From positions 1 to 13,701 of the IMG/VR virus record IMGVR_UViG_2660238190_000005: a stretch of 13,701 nucleotides of DNA; one strand, given 5' to 3'. Below are positions 1-7,591 of the stretch, in pieces; position 1 is the stretch's first letter; each line of letters begins with the position of its first letter. A program made the translations under genes and the position numbers. The notes under the pieces are model-generated. The model did not search any database and had not been told where the DNA came from. It saw nothing but the letters and a program-made list of their open reading frames with translations. The DNA comes from a virus (lineage: Duplodnaviria; Heunggongvirae; Uroviricota; Caudoviricetes).

Positions 1-477
1 ATGTTGCGTAAATTCATCACCGAAAATGACTTAAAAGAAAGTTACGACTATATCTTTATCGATAGCCCCCCAACAATCTCATTATTTACAGATACCGCAC
101 TCCTTGCTTCTGATTATTATCTTACTCCGGTTAAAATTGATCACTACTCGGTGCTTGGAGCAAGCAGTTTAAATAGCGTTATAAGAAATATGCGCACACA
201 TCATGAGAAAGAAATCAAGCAAGTCGGTTACATTTATACAAACACTGATGCTGAAATGACCAATAAAACAAGGGAAATTAAAGAGCAATTCGAAAACCAT
301 ACTCAATTTACAAATTTTTATTTCTTTGAAAATCAATTAACCTACGTGCGTGATTTAATGGTAGGTTATCAAGGGAATATTCCTTCTTGTTATTCAAAGT
401 CACGCCAAGATATAGAAAAGATCTGTAACGAATTTATTAACAGAGTGGCTCACTTGGAAGGTAACACAAATGAATAA
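1..477 (+). CDS. ParA/MinD-family ATPase-like protein, C-terminal portion only (no Walker A visible; either cut by the window edge or an N-terminally truncated fragment)
   Basis: Translation contains YDYIFIDSPPTISLFTDTALLASDYYLTPVKID, which matches the ParA Walker-B/switch region pattern (D-x-IIID-x-PP ... NAL-x-A-D ... IP). Very AT-rich. Stop at 475..477 overlaps the next start. Confidence 0.45.
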   Translation: MLRKFITENDLKESYDYIFIDSPPTISLFTDTALLASDYYLTPVKIDHYSVLGASSLNSVIRNMRTHHEKEIKQVGYIYTNTDAEMTNKTREIKEQFENHTQFTNFYFFENQLTYVRDLMVGYQGNIPSCYSKSRQDIEKICNEFINRVAHLEGNTNE

Positions 478-868
478 ACAATTAATTAAAGCGCTCAATA
501 AAGCTAACAATATGCCCATGACCAAAGAAAACTTCTTAGGCTTGGTAATTATGTTGATTCTTTCAAAAGAGGTTTTTAGATCAAATTTTGATGTTAGTAA
601 ATTTATTAACAAAACCTTCAAAATATCTTTTTTGAATTATGCTGTACGGTCAAGAACTTTGATGTGCGCTAAAATTTGCAAACATATTAATGAATTAAGT
701 GAGAATGACATAAAGATGGCTTATACGCATTTCTTAAACAACATTAACACATTAGACATTATTTTTAATGATGCAAATAAAACAAGCCAAAAATCCACAT
801 CTAAAAGCAAGCATGCTATAAGGAATTTAAATATTTGGATTAATGCAAATAAAAAGGAAGAAGAATAA
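470..868 (+). CDS. hypothetical protein (gene 2 of AT-rich cargo operon)
   Basis: 132-aa ORF; ATG at 470 overlaps the upstream stop by 8 nt; GGAAGG upstream; AT-rich codon usage matching its neighbours; no recognisable domain. Confidence 0.45.
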   Translation: MNKQLIKALNKANNMPMTKENFLGLVIMLILSKEVFRSNFDVSKFINKTFKISFLNYAVRSRTLMCAKICKHINELSENDIKMAYTHFLNNINTLDIIFNDANKTSQKSTSKSKHAIRNLNIWINANKKEEE

Positions 869-1533
869 TGCTCACGCAGGATCCCTTCAACATTGGAAGA
901 GATGTAAATTATTTTAGAGCGGAGGTGCAAAAGCACCTCAGAACCACTGATGAAATAAACAAATCAGTATCAATATTTAGGCAAATAAGTCTTTGTAATA
1001 CAATTTTAAGTCACAATCCTAATCTAAATCACTCTTCTTATATAAAAGGTTTTATATATGATACCTTAAACTCCTTAATTGCCATTATAAAAAAAAGAGA
1101 ACGGTATCTCCAACTGAACTTCCGCTCAATGGTGGAGCATGTGGCCAGAATAAGCCTCAATAAGAACTACAATGGTGGGGATTTTGACCAAACTGTACGT
1201 CGTAGAGACTTTGACTTCTTAAAAGCCCAACAAGTCGATGAAGGCTGGTCTTATTTACATAATGTCTATATCAACGCCTGTTATTATGTTCACTCCTCCC
1301 CCCAAGCGAACCTAAATGTTACATCAACATTTATATCACTTATGGAGGGAGATTGTAATTCAACACAGCATAAAATGGTGAAAAAACTTCATGAGGTAGT
1401 ATCGGCGCTGATGAGAATCATTATAAAGTATTATCATCAGCATATCTCAAACATTTTCTTTAGAAACAAAAAGGATTTAGAGAAAATAATGGGAAAAAGC
1501 CTTTATTCATATTATACCAGCTTAGACAATTAA
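868..1533 (+). CDS. hypothetical protein (gene 3 of AT-rich cargo operon)
   Basis: 221-aa ORF; start overlaps the upstream stop (TAATG); strong RBS AAGGAAGAAG upstream; contains a weak R-x4-H tetrad (RSMVEH); no family recognised. Confidence 0.5.
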   Translation: MLTQDPFNIGRDVNYFRAEVQKHLRTTDEINKSVSIFRQISLCNTILSHNPNLNHSSYIKGFIYDTLNSLIAIIKKRERYLQLNFRSMVEHVARISLNKNYNGGDFDQTVRRRDFDFLKAQQVDEGWSYLHNVYINACYYVHSSPQANLNVTSTFISLMEGDCNSTQHKMVKKLHEVVSALMRIIIKYYHQHISNIFFRNKKDLEKIMGKSLYSYYTSLDN

Positions 1534-1570
1534 TTCTCTCATATTCATTGCGTAGAGCATAAATATCTAT

Positions 1571-1960
1571 CTAACCACCTAAAATGCCAGAAAATCTAGT
1601 TGTATACCGGTGCGAAAATATCTCGCGTTTCATCTGCCACTGCTGCTGAATGCCCTGCCCAGCGAAACAGAGTGTTTCCTTCCCGTCTTTTGCGTTGAGG
1701 TGCTCCAGCACGCTCATTAACTTTTCGCTCCCAGGACCCAGCGCGTTATCGTCGAATAGGTTAGGGCATGCTCTGACTGAAGAAGTCCCCCAGCATTACC
1801 CCGGCTTTCTGATATCGGTGTCCGTCTTTCCATATTGCATCCAGACTCCCCGTTGCTACTGCAATGATATCCCGACTGTCCTGTGTCGGGATGAGCAGCT
1901 TCACCGACGCGTTGTTACAGTAGTACGACTCGTTCAACGCAAAGGGTATCGTGTAAAACC
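1571..1960 (-). pseudogene. umuC-like (Y-family translesion polymerase) C-terminal fragment, disrupted by a stop and frameshift
   Basis: Minus-strand translation gives ...PTQDSRDIIAVATGSLDAIWKDGHRYQKAGVMLGDFFSQSMP*, then in a shifted frame FDDNALGPGSEKLMSVLEHLNAKDGKETLCFAGQGIQQQWQMKREIFSHRYTTRFSGILGG*. This resembles the UmuC/MucB C-terminus as I remember it (HRYQKAGVML...LFDDNA...AGQGIQQQWQMKR...RYTTR). No N-terminal part or umuD is present. Upstream boundary is approximate. Confidence 0.5.
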
Positions 1961-2403
1961 GATGATGACACTGCCGGCAATCAGCACTGACGTCAGCAAA
2001 CGTGAGAAAGAACAGATAAGCCGAACGATTTAGGAAATGTTTGAAGAGACTGATATGTGGATGGTTTCAGTTTAAACGCCTTGAACCGTCATATTACCTA
2101 AGTACAATCCGCTGTGACTGGCAATCATTCAATACTTGCACTATCAAAAGTGCATCAGCCAACCGCAGCACGTCTTGCATACGACCTGTCTGCGGTTTCA
2201 ATCACCTCTCACCACCAGTCCCATCAATAATAATTAAACAGCGCCTAAACAAAATAAATAACAACAAGTCAACAACCTCGACAGGATGCCGATGGGATGA
2301 TGAAGAGATAAGAAAGAATAACTAGTAAAGCCCTAAAACGTCAGCGTTCAGACGCGTTTTTTACTTAACCGGTAACAAATACGTTGTATCATAGCAACAT
2401 AAA

Positions 2404-4353
2404 ATGATTGTTCTAAATCAGATTAACTCCTCACTTTTGTACAATGTCGCTTACAGGTATACCATGAAATCCGAGACGCTAACTGTCCAACAACTTTTTC
2501 AAGACCGCCGACAATACTGTGTTCCATTCTATCAACGTGCCTATGTATGGACTCAGCGAAACCAATGGTCAGCTCTACTGGAGGATATCCTAGAGAAAGC
2601 ACAATCCCGGCTCTCGGGTACAAAACCAACTCCCCATTTCCTTGGTGCAGTTGTACTGGAACCTCAACCAAAAAAAGGATTATTCGGTGTAGATTCCATA
2701 CATATTATTGATGGTCAGCAACGATTGACCACTCTTCAATATGTTCTGGCATCCATCCGATTAGCATTACGTGCAACAGATCTTTCCAACTTAGAGCCTC
2801 TCATTTCGTCTTGCCTGAAAAACTCAAACGAAGACACAATGCGAAATAAAGAAGTAGAGCGCTTCAAACTGTGGCCAACTTTTCGGGATCAAACTCATTT
2901 TATTCAAAGTTTTAATGTTGAAAATATTGACGATATCCGGAATGTATTCTCTGATAGTTTCACGCAGCATGGTACGTTGCGTAAGCATTTTAATCACCCG
3001 CCATCACTAGAAGCATTATGTTTTTTTACTGAAGCCTTTATAAAGTGGATTAAAATAGAAAATCACTCACCACGAGAAAATGCTGTAGCATTAATTGAGG
3101 CTGTCTTGACGGATCTGAAACTAGTAAGCATATTTCTCGAGGCTGAAGATGACGCTCAAATAATTTTTGAAACATTAAATGGCAGAGGTGCGGAACTTCA
3201 TGCCACAGATCTTATTCGCAATTATATTTTTATGTGCGCTGAACATGAAAATATTAATGCTGTTGAATTATATGAGAATGAGTGGAAGATCTTTGAAGAT
3301 ACGTACTGGTCAGAAAGACAACGTCGTGGTCGTATTAATAAACCACGCATGGAGTGGCTAGTGCATGCAACATTGCAATCAGAAAGGCAACGTGAAATCG
3401 ATCTGTCTCGTCTTTACAATGAGTATCGTGATTATGTAAGTAAGGACTTGCCTTCACAACGAGCAGATCTGCAAGTAAAGCGCCTCAAACAATATGCATC
3501 ACAATATAAAGAATTGGTTGGTGGTTTTGGCACAACCCCCATCTCACACTTTGGACATCGCATCGCAGCCTATGATGTGACGACACTTTATCCGCTTGCT
3601 TTGTTCATTTCGATAGCTAACATCGCCGATGATGAGAAAGCAGCCATGTATAATGATCTTGTCTCCTACGTAGTACGAAGAGCCGTATGTGGCCTGACGC
3701 CAAAGAATTACAACAATGTATTTATGAATGTATTGCGGCACTTGTCTAAAACAGAAATTTCCAGTGTTGAGTTACGTAATATCCTCAATAGCTTAAATGG
3801 CGAAGCCTCACGTTGGCCTGGGGACTCAGAATTTCTCAACGCTTGCATCAATGCTCCACTTTATCCTGGCAGGCTCGACGCACCGAAAATGCGCTCAATG
3901 TTAACGGAACTTGAAAGAGAACTTTGTCGCCAAGTGAAGACAGAGAAGCCTGATGTTCCAAATCTTTCTAACCTCGATATCGATCATCTTATGCCTCAAA
4001 GTTGGTATTCCTGTTGGCCTCTCGAAAATGGTCATATGGTGACAAATTCAGATGCTACGGTATTGAACCAAATTGTTCTGTCTGGAACCGATCTTACCCC
4101 AGAACAGCTACTGGTAAGGAAACGGCAACAAGCGATAGCTACGTTGGGAAATCTAACTTTGCTTAACCTTAGCGTAAACCGTTCTGTTCAGAATGCTGTA
4201 TTTCTGAAAAAACGTGATGCTCTCATCGTCCACACCAATCTACGACTGAACATTCCACTTATAGTTAAGGATAAATGGGATGAGGATGAAATCCTGGAGC
4301 GGGGTAAAATGTTGGGGGAAATTGCATTGAAAGTATGGCCAAAACACGATTAA
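2404..4353 (+). CDS. GmrSD-family type IV (modification-dependent) restriction endonuclease: N-terminal DUF262 ParB-like NTPase domain plus C-terminal DUF1524 His-Me finger nuclease domain
   Basis: N-terminus has VPFYQRAYVW and IIDGQQRLTTLQY (the DGQQR motif of DUF262). C-terminus has DIDHLMPQSW ... LGNLTLLNLSVNRSVQN, typical of DUF1524. Long uninterrupted ORF. True start may be the internal ATG at 2464 (MKSETLTVQQL...). Confidence 0.8.
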   Translation: MIVLNQINSSLLYNVAYRYTMKSETLTVQQLFQDRRQYCVPFYQRAYVWTQRNQWSALLEDILEKAQSRLSGTKPTPHFLGAVVLEPQPKKGLFGVDSIHIIDGQQRLTTLQYVLASIRLALRATDLSNLEPLISSCLKNSNEDTMRNKEVERFKLWPTFRDQTHFIQSFNVENIDDIRNVFSDSFTQHGTLRKHFNHPPSLEALCFFTEAFIKWIKIENHSPRENAVALIEAVLTDLKLVSIFLEAEDDAQIIFETLNGRGAELHATDLIRNYIFMCAEHENINAVELYENEWKIFEDTYWSERQRRGRINKPRMEWLVHATLQSERQREIDLSRLYNEYRDYVSKDLPSQRADLQVKRLKQYASQYKELVGGFGTTPISHFGHRIAAYDVTTLYPLALFISIANIADDEKAAMYNDLVSYVVRRAVCGLTPKNYNNVFMNVLRHLSKTEISSVELRNILNSLNGEASRWPGDSEFLNACINAPLYPGRLDAPKMRSMLTELERELCRQVKTEKPDVPNLSNLDIDHLMPQSWYSCWPLENGHMVTNSDATVLNQIVLSGTDLTPEQLLVRKRQQAIATLGNLTLLNLSVNRSVQNAVFLKKRDALIVHTNLRLNIPLIVKDKWDEDEILERGKMLGEIALKVWPKHD

Positions 4354-4374
4354 TGCAATTAATAAAATGATTAT

Positions 4375-4400
4375 AGCGGCCTTACATTAGTAAGGCCGCT
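4375..4400 (+). terminator. Hairpin immediately downstream of the GmrSD gene (candidate intrinsic terminator; weak T-tract)
   Basis: Perfect inverted repeat AGCGGCCTTAC-atta-GTAAGGCCGCT starting 22 bp after the stop codon. Following sequence is A/T-rich but not a clean U-run. Confidence 0.45.
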
Positions 4401-4582
4401 ACTCACTATTAAATCCTTTAATTTGCAACAAGAACAGCAGTGTCAGCCCTAGGTTTCGGACTTTGTACCGCTTATCTTGTCTTCAAAAATCAGCTCGCAT
4501 CCTGCACAGCTCAACGCATTACGTTGTAGATCGGTATTCTGGTCATTTGTTGATACGCGTACATAGCCAATAAGCATGGTAG

Positions 4583-5176
4583 ATCCCCCTGACAAAAGCA
4601 GGAATGATGCCATTTGCTCGTTATTTCTGCATTTTCATAAACGTTGGTTTGGGAGAAGGTGCTCCAGCTATTGGCGTTCCGTTCTTCTGGCCGTCCGCCG
4701 CAATGCCAAATACTGTAATCGACAGTTGGTCCAGTATGGTGTTTTTGAAGTTCAACGGCGCGAAATTCTCTGCCACTGATTACCCTGTGCTGGCGAAAGT
4801 GTTTCCGGCGCTAGCATTACCTGACGCACGGGGTGATTTCATTCGTATCTGGGATGATGGGCGCGGGATTGATGTCGGACGTACCCTACTTTCAGGGCAA
4901 TCACACACAATTATGGATCATGCACACAATATGGAATTGTGGACGGGGGACGGGCTTGCCGCAGGAAGTGCACGGGAAGGAGTAAACCCAGGAATACTGG
5001 CTACATACGGTGACGGGGGAATAGTTAAAACGGACGAACCCGGTCTTAAGGTGCCTTCCTCACTACGAGCTCTTAGCTCTCGTAGTGTTAAACGTTATGG
5101 TGAAATTAGTGGAAATGTAGATACAGAAACCCGTCCACGAAATATTGCATTTAACTTTCTGGTGAGGGCTAAATAA
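4583..5176 (+). pseudogene. Phage tail fiber protein, C-terminal fragment only
   Basis: Translation ...PFFWPSAAMP...FNGAKFSATDYPVLAKVFPALALPDARGDFIRIWDDGRGIDVGRTLLSGQSHTIMDHAHNM...RPRNIAFNFLVRAK matches the conserved C-terminal region of lambda Stf / P2 H-type tail fibers. Frame opens only at 4583, far too short for a full fiber. Followed at 5176 by a 30-codon ORF overlapping by TAATG, possibly a tail-fiber-assembly remnant. Confidence 0.6.
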
Positions 5177-5237
5177 TGATACCTGTTTTTGATGAAAATG
5201 GGCTGGCTACAGTGCCGGGCGATATGCGTTGTTTTTA

Positions 5238-5411
5238 TTATAATGCAGTATCCCCTTCACAACGGTGAGCCACACGCCCACTCTGACGTAACTTGCTTGC
5301 TGACTGCTGAACGCGCTGCCGCGAGTAACCAGCAAAAGCATCCGCAATGTCTCCGGAAGTACACCCCGGATTGGCTTCAATGAATTTCTGAACGTCATTT
5401 AACAGACTCAT
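5238..5411 (-). CDS. small winged-helix/HTH DNA-binding protein (57 aa), below the ORF-track length cutoff
   Basis: ATG 2 nt after the replication-gene stop (TGATCATG). Translation MSLLNDVQKFIEANPGCTSGDIADAFAGYSRQRVQQSASKLRQSGRVAHRCEGDTAL has a classic HTH pattern (SGDIADAFAGYSRQRVQQ...L...G). Preferred over the overlapping 63-aa ORF in another frame. Confidence 0.4.
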   Translation of the reverse strand: MSLLNDVQKFIEANPGCTSGDIADAFAGYSRQRVQQSASKLRQSGRVAHRCEGDTAL

Positions 5412-5413
5412 GA

Positions 5414-6355
5414 TCACCCCCTGAATCCTGCCGGGATCTGGCTGTAGTCCACGTTGTCGTAACTGGCTTTGAAGTACGGGTCTTCACGTTTTTCTGTGTG
5501 CGTGCTGACGGACGGCGATAAGCGCAGGGAAAGCTCATCCCATTTTTCCCGCAACTTCGACGGGCTGAGCACGTTACGGCACCAGAACGGATCGCGGCTG
5601 ACGCGGCTGTACATCTCGCAGATTTGTTTGTGAGTACGACCATCCTGCACACACATCAGGCGAATTTCGTTTGCCCAGGCTGTCCAGTTAGGTTCTTTGG
5701 GACGAACCACCTCGCCGTCACATTCGGCGGCCTGCTCGTACAGGGCGATGATTTTTTTCCAGAGCCACTGTGCGCAGGTCAAATCATCCTGCGTTCCCCA
5801 CTGGCGCTTTTTAGAGCTGAATACAACCGCATCAGGATGACGAGTTAAAAAATCCTGTTCATCCTTCTTCATGTCCGGTTGCGAAGCGTCCGGACGAGAA
5901 GTTTTTTTATCTGACGGATCATGTTTTGATTTTACTGACGGATCCCCGCCAGATTCTGACGGGTGAAAACCCGCTTTTTTGCCAGATTTCGACGCATCAA
6001 ATTTTGACGGGTCAGATTTTGATGCGTCAGATTTTGACGGGTCAGAATCTGACAGTTGAGAAAATGCCGCTGCCTGAAGCTTCGCAACGTTAAGCTGATA
6101 AACATTCGACGCATTGCGGTTACCCTGGCGACGCGCCTTACGCGTTAACCAGCCTTCTGCTTCCAGCCGTGCGATAGCCGTTCTGACGGTACTCATCCCC
6201 GCGCCAATCTGGCGGGCAATGGTTTCAATTGATGGCCAGCACACACCTTCGTCATTACTGAAATCAGCCAGGCGGGCCATAATTGCCACGCTGGATAACT
6301 TCATGCCTGACGCAGCGCAACCATCCCATACATAGCCGGTTAATTTAGTGCTCAT
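5414..6355 (-). CDS. Phage replication initiation protein (O-like; N-terminal winged-helix DNA-binding domain, repeat-containing linker, C-terminal domain)
   Basis: N-terminus ...VAIMARLADFSNDEGVCWPSIETIARQIGAGMSTVRTAIARLEAEGWL is HTH-like. Internal pentapeptide repeats (DPSKS/DASKS) are encoded by tandem DNA repeats. Sits last in the cro-cII-O-type operon. Start overlaps the upstream gene. Confidence 0.65.
   Translation of the reverse strand: MSTKLTGYVWDGCAASGMKLSSVAIMARLADFSNDEGVCWPSIETIARQIGAGMSTVRTAIARLEAEGWLTRKARRQGNRNASNVYQLNVAKLQAAAFSQLSDSDPSKSDASKSDPSKFDASKSGKKAGFHPSESGGDPSVKSKHDPSDKKTSRPDASQPDMKKDEQDFLTRHPDAVVFSSKKRQWGTQDDLTCAQWLWKKIIALYEQAAECDGEVVRPKEPNWTAWANEIRLMCVQDGRTHKQICEMYSRVSRDPFWCRNVLSPSKLREKWDELSLRLSPSVSTHTEKREDPYFKASYDNVDYSQIPAGFRG
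5949..6057. repeat. Iteron-like 15-bp tandem repeats (consensus about TCAGATTTTGACGGG) inside the replication gene; candidate origin of replication
   Basis: Copies at 5949, 5982, 5998, 6013, 6028 and 6043, with further CTGACGG motifs at 5913 and 5936 and an adjacent T-rich stretch. Layout parallels iterons inside lambda O. Confidence 0.5.
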
Positions 6356-6364
6356 GACCGACCT

Positions 6365-6703
6365 CTATTTCCCTGAATTTACGACGAAACTGTTCGAGCG
6401 GGCTGAAGCACTCATGCTCATAGCCTTCGCGGAGGTAGATAACCCGTTGTGTTTCCGGCTCCCAACGAATGACTCTGACGGGTACTCCGTAGTGATCTTT
6501 GAACCAGCGGTTAACTTGTCGCAAAGGACTGTCTCCTTCTGCCGGTTGAAATCACCCACAGCCCACTCTGCAAAGCTGTGGGTTACAATTTCCCTGTCAC
6601 CTGGTACATTCACTGCATAGCAATATTCCACCTTCGCTTTTCCACCCGGTACAGGAAGCGCAATCAGTTGCGAGCGACGGTAGTGTGTTATTAAACTGTT
6701 CAT
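6365..6703 (-). CDS. hypothetical phage protein, probably frameshifted (N-terminal part in this frame, more protein-like C-terminal part in another frame ending at 6345)
   Basis: ATG at 6703 overlaps the upstream stop (ATGA). From about 6550 the listed frame turns Ser-rich and low-complexity, while an alternative frame reads ...[66 protein letters not shown] with its stop overlapping the replication-gene start. Confidence 0.4.
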   Translation of the reverse strand: MNSLITHYRRSQLIALPVPGGKAKVEYCYAVNVPGDREIVTHSFAEWAVGDFNRQKETVLCDKLTAGSKITTEYPSESFVGSRKHNGLSTSAKAMSMSASARSNSFVVNSGK

Positions 6704-7269
6704 GCGTTAGTTTCTCCACAACCAGAAGCAATCGACGCCACGACGCCCGGAGCTGCACACTCGCGGGCGTCATTACTTTCTGAAATGCAAAAAATTTTGT
6801 AAACAAGTGCTGCATGCTCCTGCAGCTTCGAAATTGAGAGATACAGCTCGTCGTTAATTGCTGTCTTCTCATGCGGTTCCACTACACCGTCTTCGATTGC
6901 TGAACGAATCTGTTTTGAATAACTGCCGATCTGTTCAATGACTTCCAGCAGACGCTGGTTAATATCGGCGTTGTCCACATCCTCGACGTCAGGAAGAGAC
7001 ACAAAGACGCCATTTGCAGACTGCGCCACAGCATCAGCAATGAAGTGAGTGCCACCAGCACGCTGTAAAACCATTGCCCATCCCAGCGGGAAAATCTGAT
7101 CGCCATCTGCACGAAGGCGGTTGAATAAAGCGTTTTCTGTTACATCGAGCCAGTCAGCCGCTTCAGCGTAACCACCCGGCAACGCCGCGATAGTTTTTCT
7201 GACAGCTTTCACGTACCACTCAGGCTGTTTTTCTATTTTCCAGTGATGCTTACCCACGATTAGCCTCAT
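6700..7269 (-). CDS. CII-like / YdaT-like phage regulatory protein (189 aa)
   Basis: Sits immediately downstream of the cro-like gene, in the cII position. Family assignment is from position and vague similarity only. GTG at 7255..7257 is an alternative start. Confidence 0.4.
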   Translation of the reverse strand: MRLIVGKHHWKIEKQPEWYVKAVRKTIAALPGGYAEAADWLDVTENALFNRLRADGDQIFPLGWAMVLQRAGGTHFIADAVAQSANGVFVSLPDVEDVDNADINQRLLEVIEQIGSYSKQIRSAIEDGVVEPHEKTAINDELYLSISKLQEHAALVYKIFCISESNDARECAAPGVVASIASGCGETNA

Positions 7270-7300
7270 CGTTCTGTGGTTAAAAATTGAAAGTGTTCTG

Positions 7301-7501
7301 CTAATCTTTCGGATAGATATCCGGTCTTAAGTCAGATTTCGTAATTGCACCTGACGTGCATTGCTCAAGTTTTTTAGCCAGCACAAAACTGGCTTTTTTA
7401 TAGCCATTGAAAACCAGCCGTAAGTAGCCAGGTGTTGAGCCAACTTTTCCGGCCAACTCGCCCTGCTGTTCTTTGGTTAAAGAGTCCCAATACGATTTCA
7501 T
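7301..7501 (-). CDS. Cro-like HTH regulator (YdaS/Cro family, 66 aa)
   Basis: Translation MKSYWDSLTKEQQGELAGKVGSTPGYLRLVFNGYKKASFVLAKKLEQCTSGAITKSDLRPDIYPKD has an HTH and the LRPD motif typical of Cro/YdaS-like proteins. GGAGG lies 10 nt upstream of the ATG. Divergent from the repressor gene. The longer 167-aa ORF-track version is rejected. Confidence 0.65.
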   Translation of the reverse strand: MKSYWDSLTKEQQGELAGKVGSTPGYLRLVFNGYKKASFVLAKKLEQCTSGAITKSDLRPDIYPKD

Positions 7502-7591
7502 ACGATATGTACCTCCGGTGTACATATTACATGATTGAAATGAACCTTCAAGATACTTGTACCTTAACGGTACAAGGGTTTTAATTTCGTT
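7502..7591. promoter_or_regulatory. Divergent repressor/cro operator-promoter region (OR-like) with GTAC-core palindromes
   Basis: Palindromes ATGTAC-ctccggt-GTACAT (7507..7525) and CTTGTACC-ttaac-GGTACAAG (7556..7576). On the cro-sense strand, TTGAAG, a 16-bp spacer and TAATAT form a candidate -35/-10. Confidence 0.5.

Noticed and set aside
1650-2325. Plus-strand ORFs 1650..2033 (127 aa) and 2041..2325 (94 aa)
   Set aside because: Arg/Cys/Pro-rich, no RBS. The opposite strand of the first reads as a umuC-like C-terminal fragment; the second lies in non-coding remnant DNA.
2343-2360. Imperfect hairpin AAAACGTC...GACGCGTTTT followed by a T-run upstream of the GmrSD gene
   Set aside because: The stem is interrupted and no convincing upstream gene ends here; too weak to call a terminator.
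2423-3741. ORFs 2423..2671 (-), 3179..3361 (+) and 3544..3741 (-) inside the GmrSD gene
   Set aside because: Fully nested in or antisense to a long ORF with strong domain signatures; no independent support.
4576-4779. ORF 4576..4779 (+), 67 aa
   Set aside because: Overlaps the tail-fiber reading frame, which has recognisable conserved motifs; Arg-rich out-of-frame artefact.
5189-5398. ORFs 5189..5383 (+) and 5207..5398 (-)
   Set aside because: Low-complexity Arg/Leu-rich products. The third frame on the minus strand gives a short HTH protein coupled to the replication-gene stop, which I prefer.
5949-6057. Tandem 15-bp repeats considered as a possible CRISPR-like array
   Set aside because: Repeats are contiguous with no spacers, only 15 bp long, and lie in frame inside a protein-coding gene; iterons fit better.
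5395-6620. ORFs 5395..5652 (-), 5624..5848 (+), 5932..6114 (-), 6114..6335 (+) and 6348..6620 (+)
   Set aside because: All overlap the replication gene or the gene upstream of it, in other frames or antisense. The repetitive 5932..6114 product simply mirrors the iteron repeats.
6597-7112. ORFs 6597..6872 (-) and 6882..7112 (-)
   Set aside because: Alternative frames overlapping the CII/YdaT-like gene; no RBS or coupling, unlike the called ORFs.
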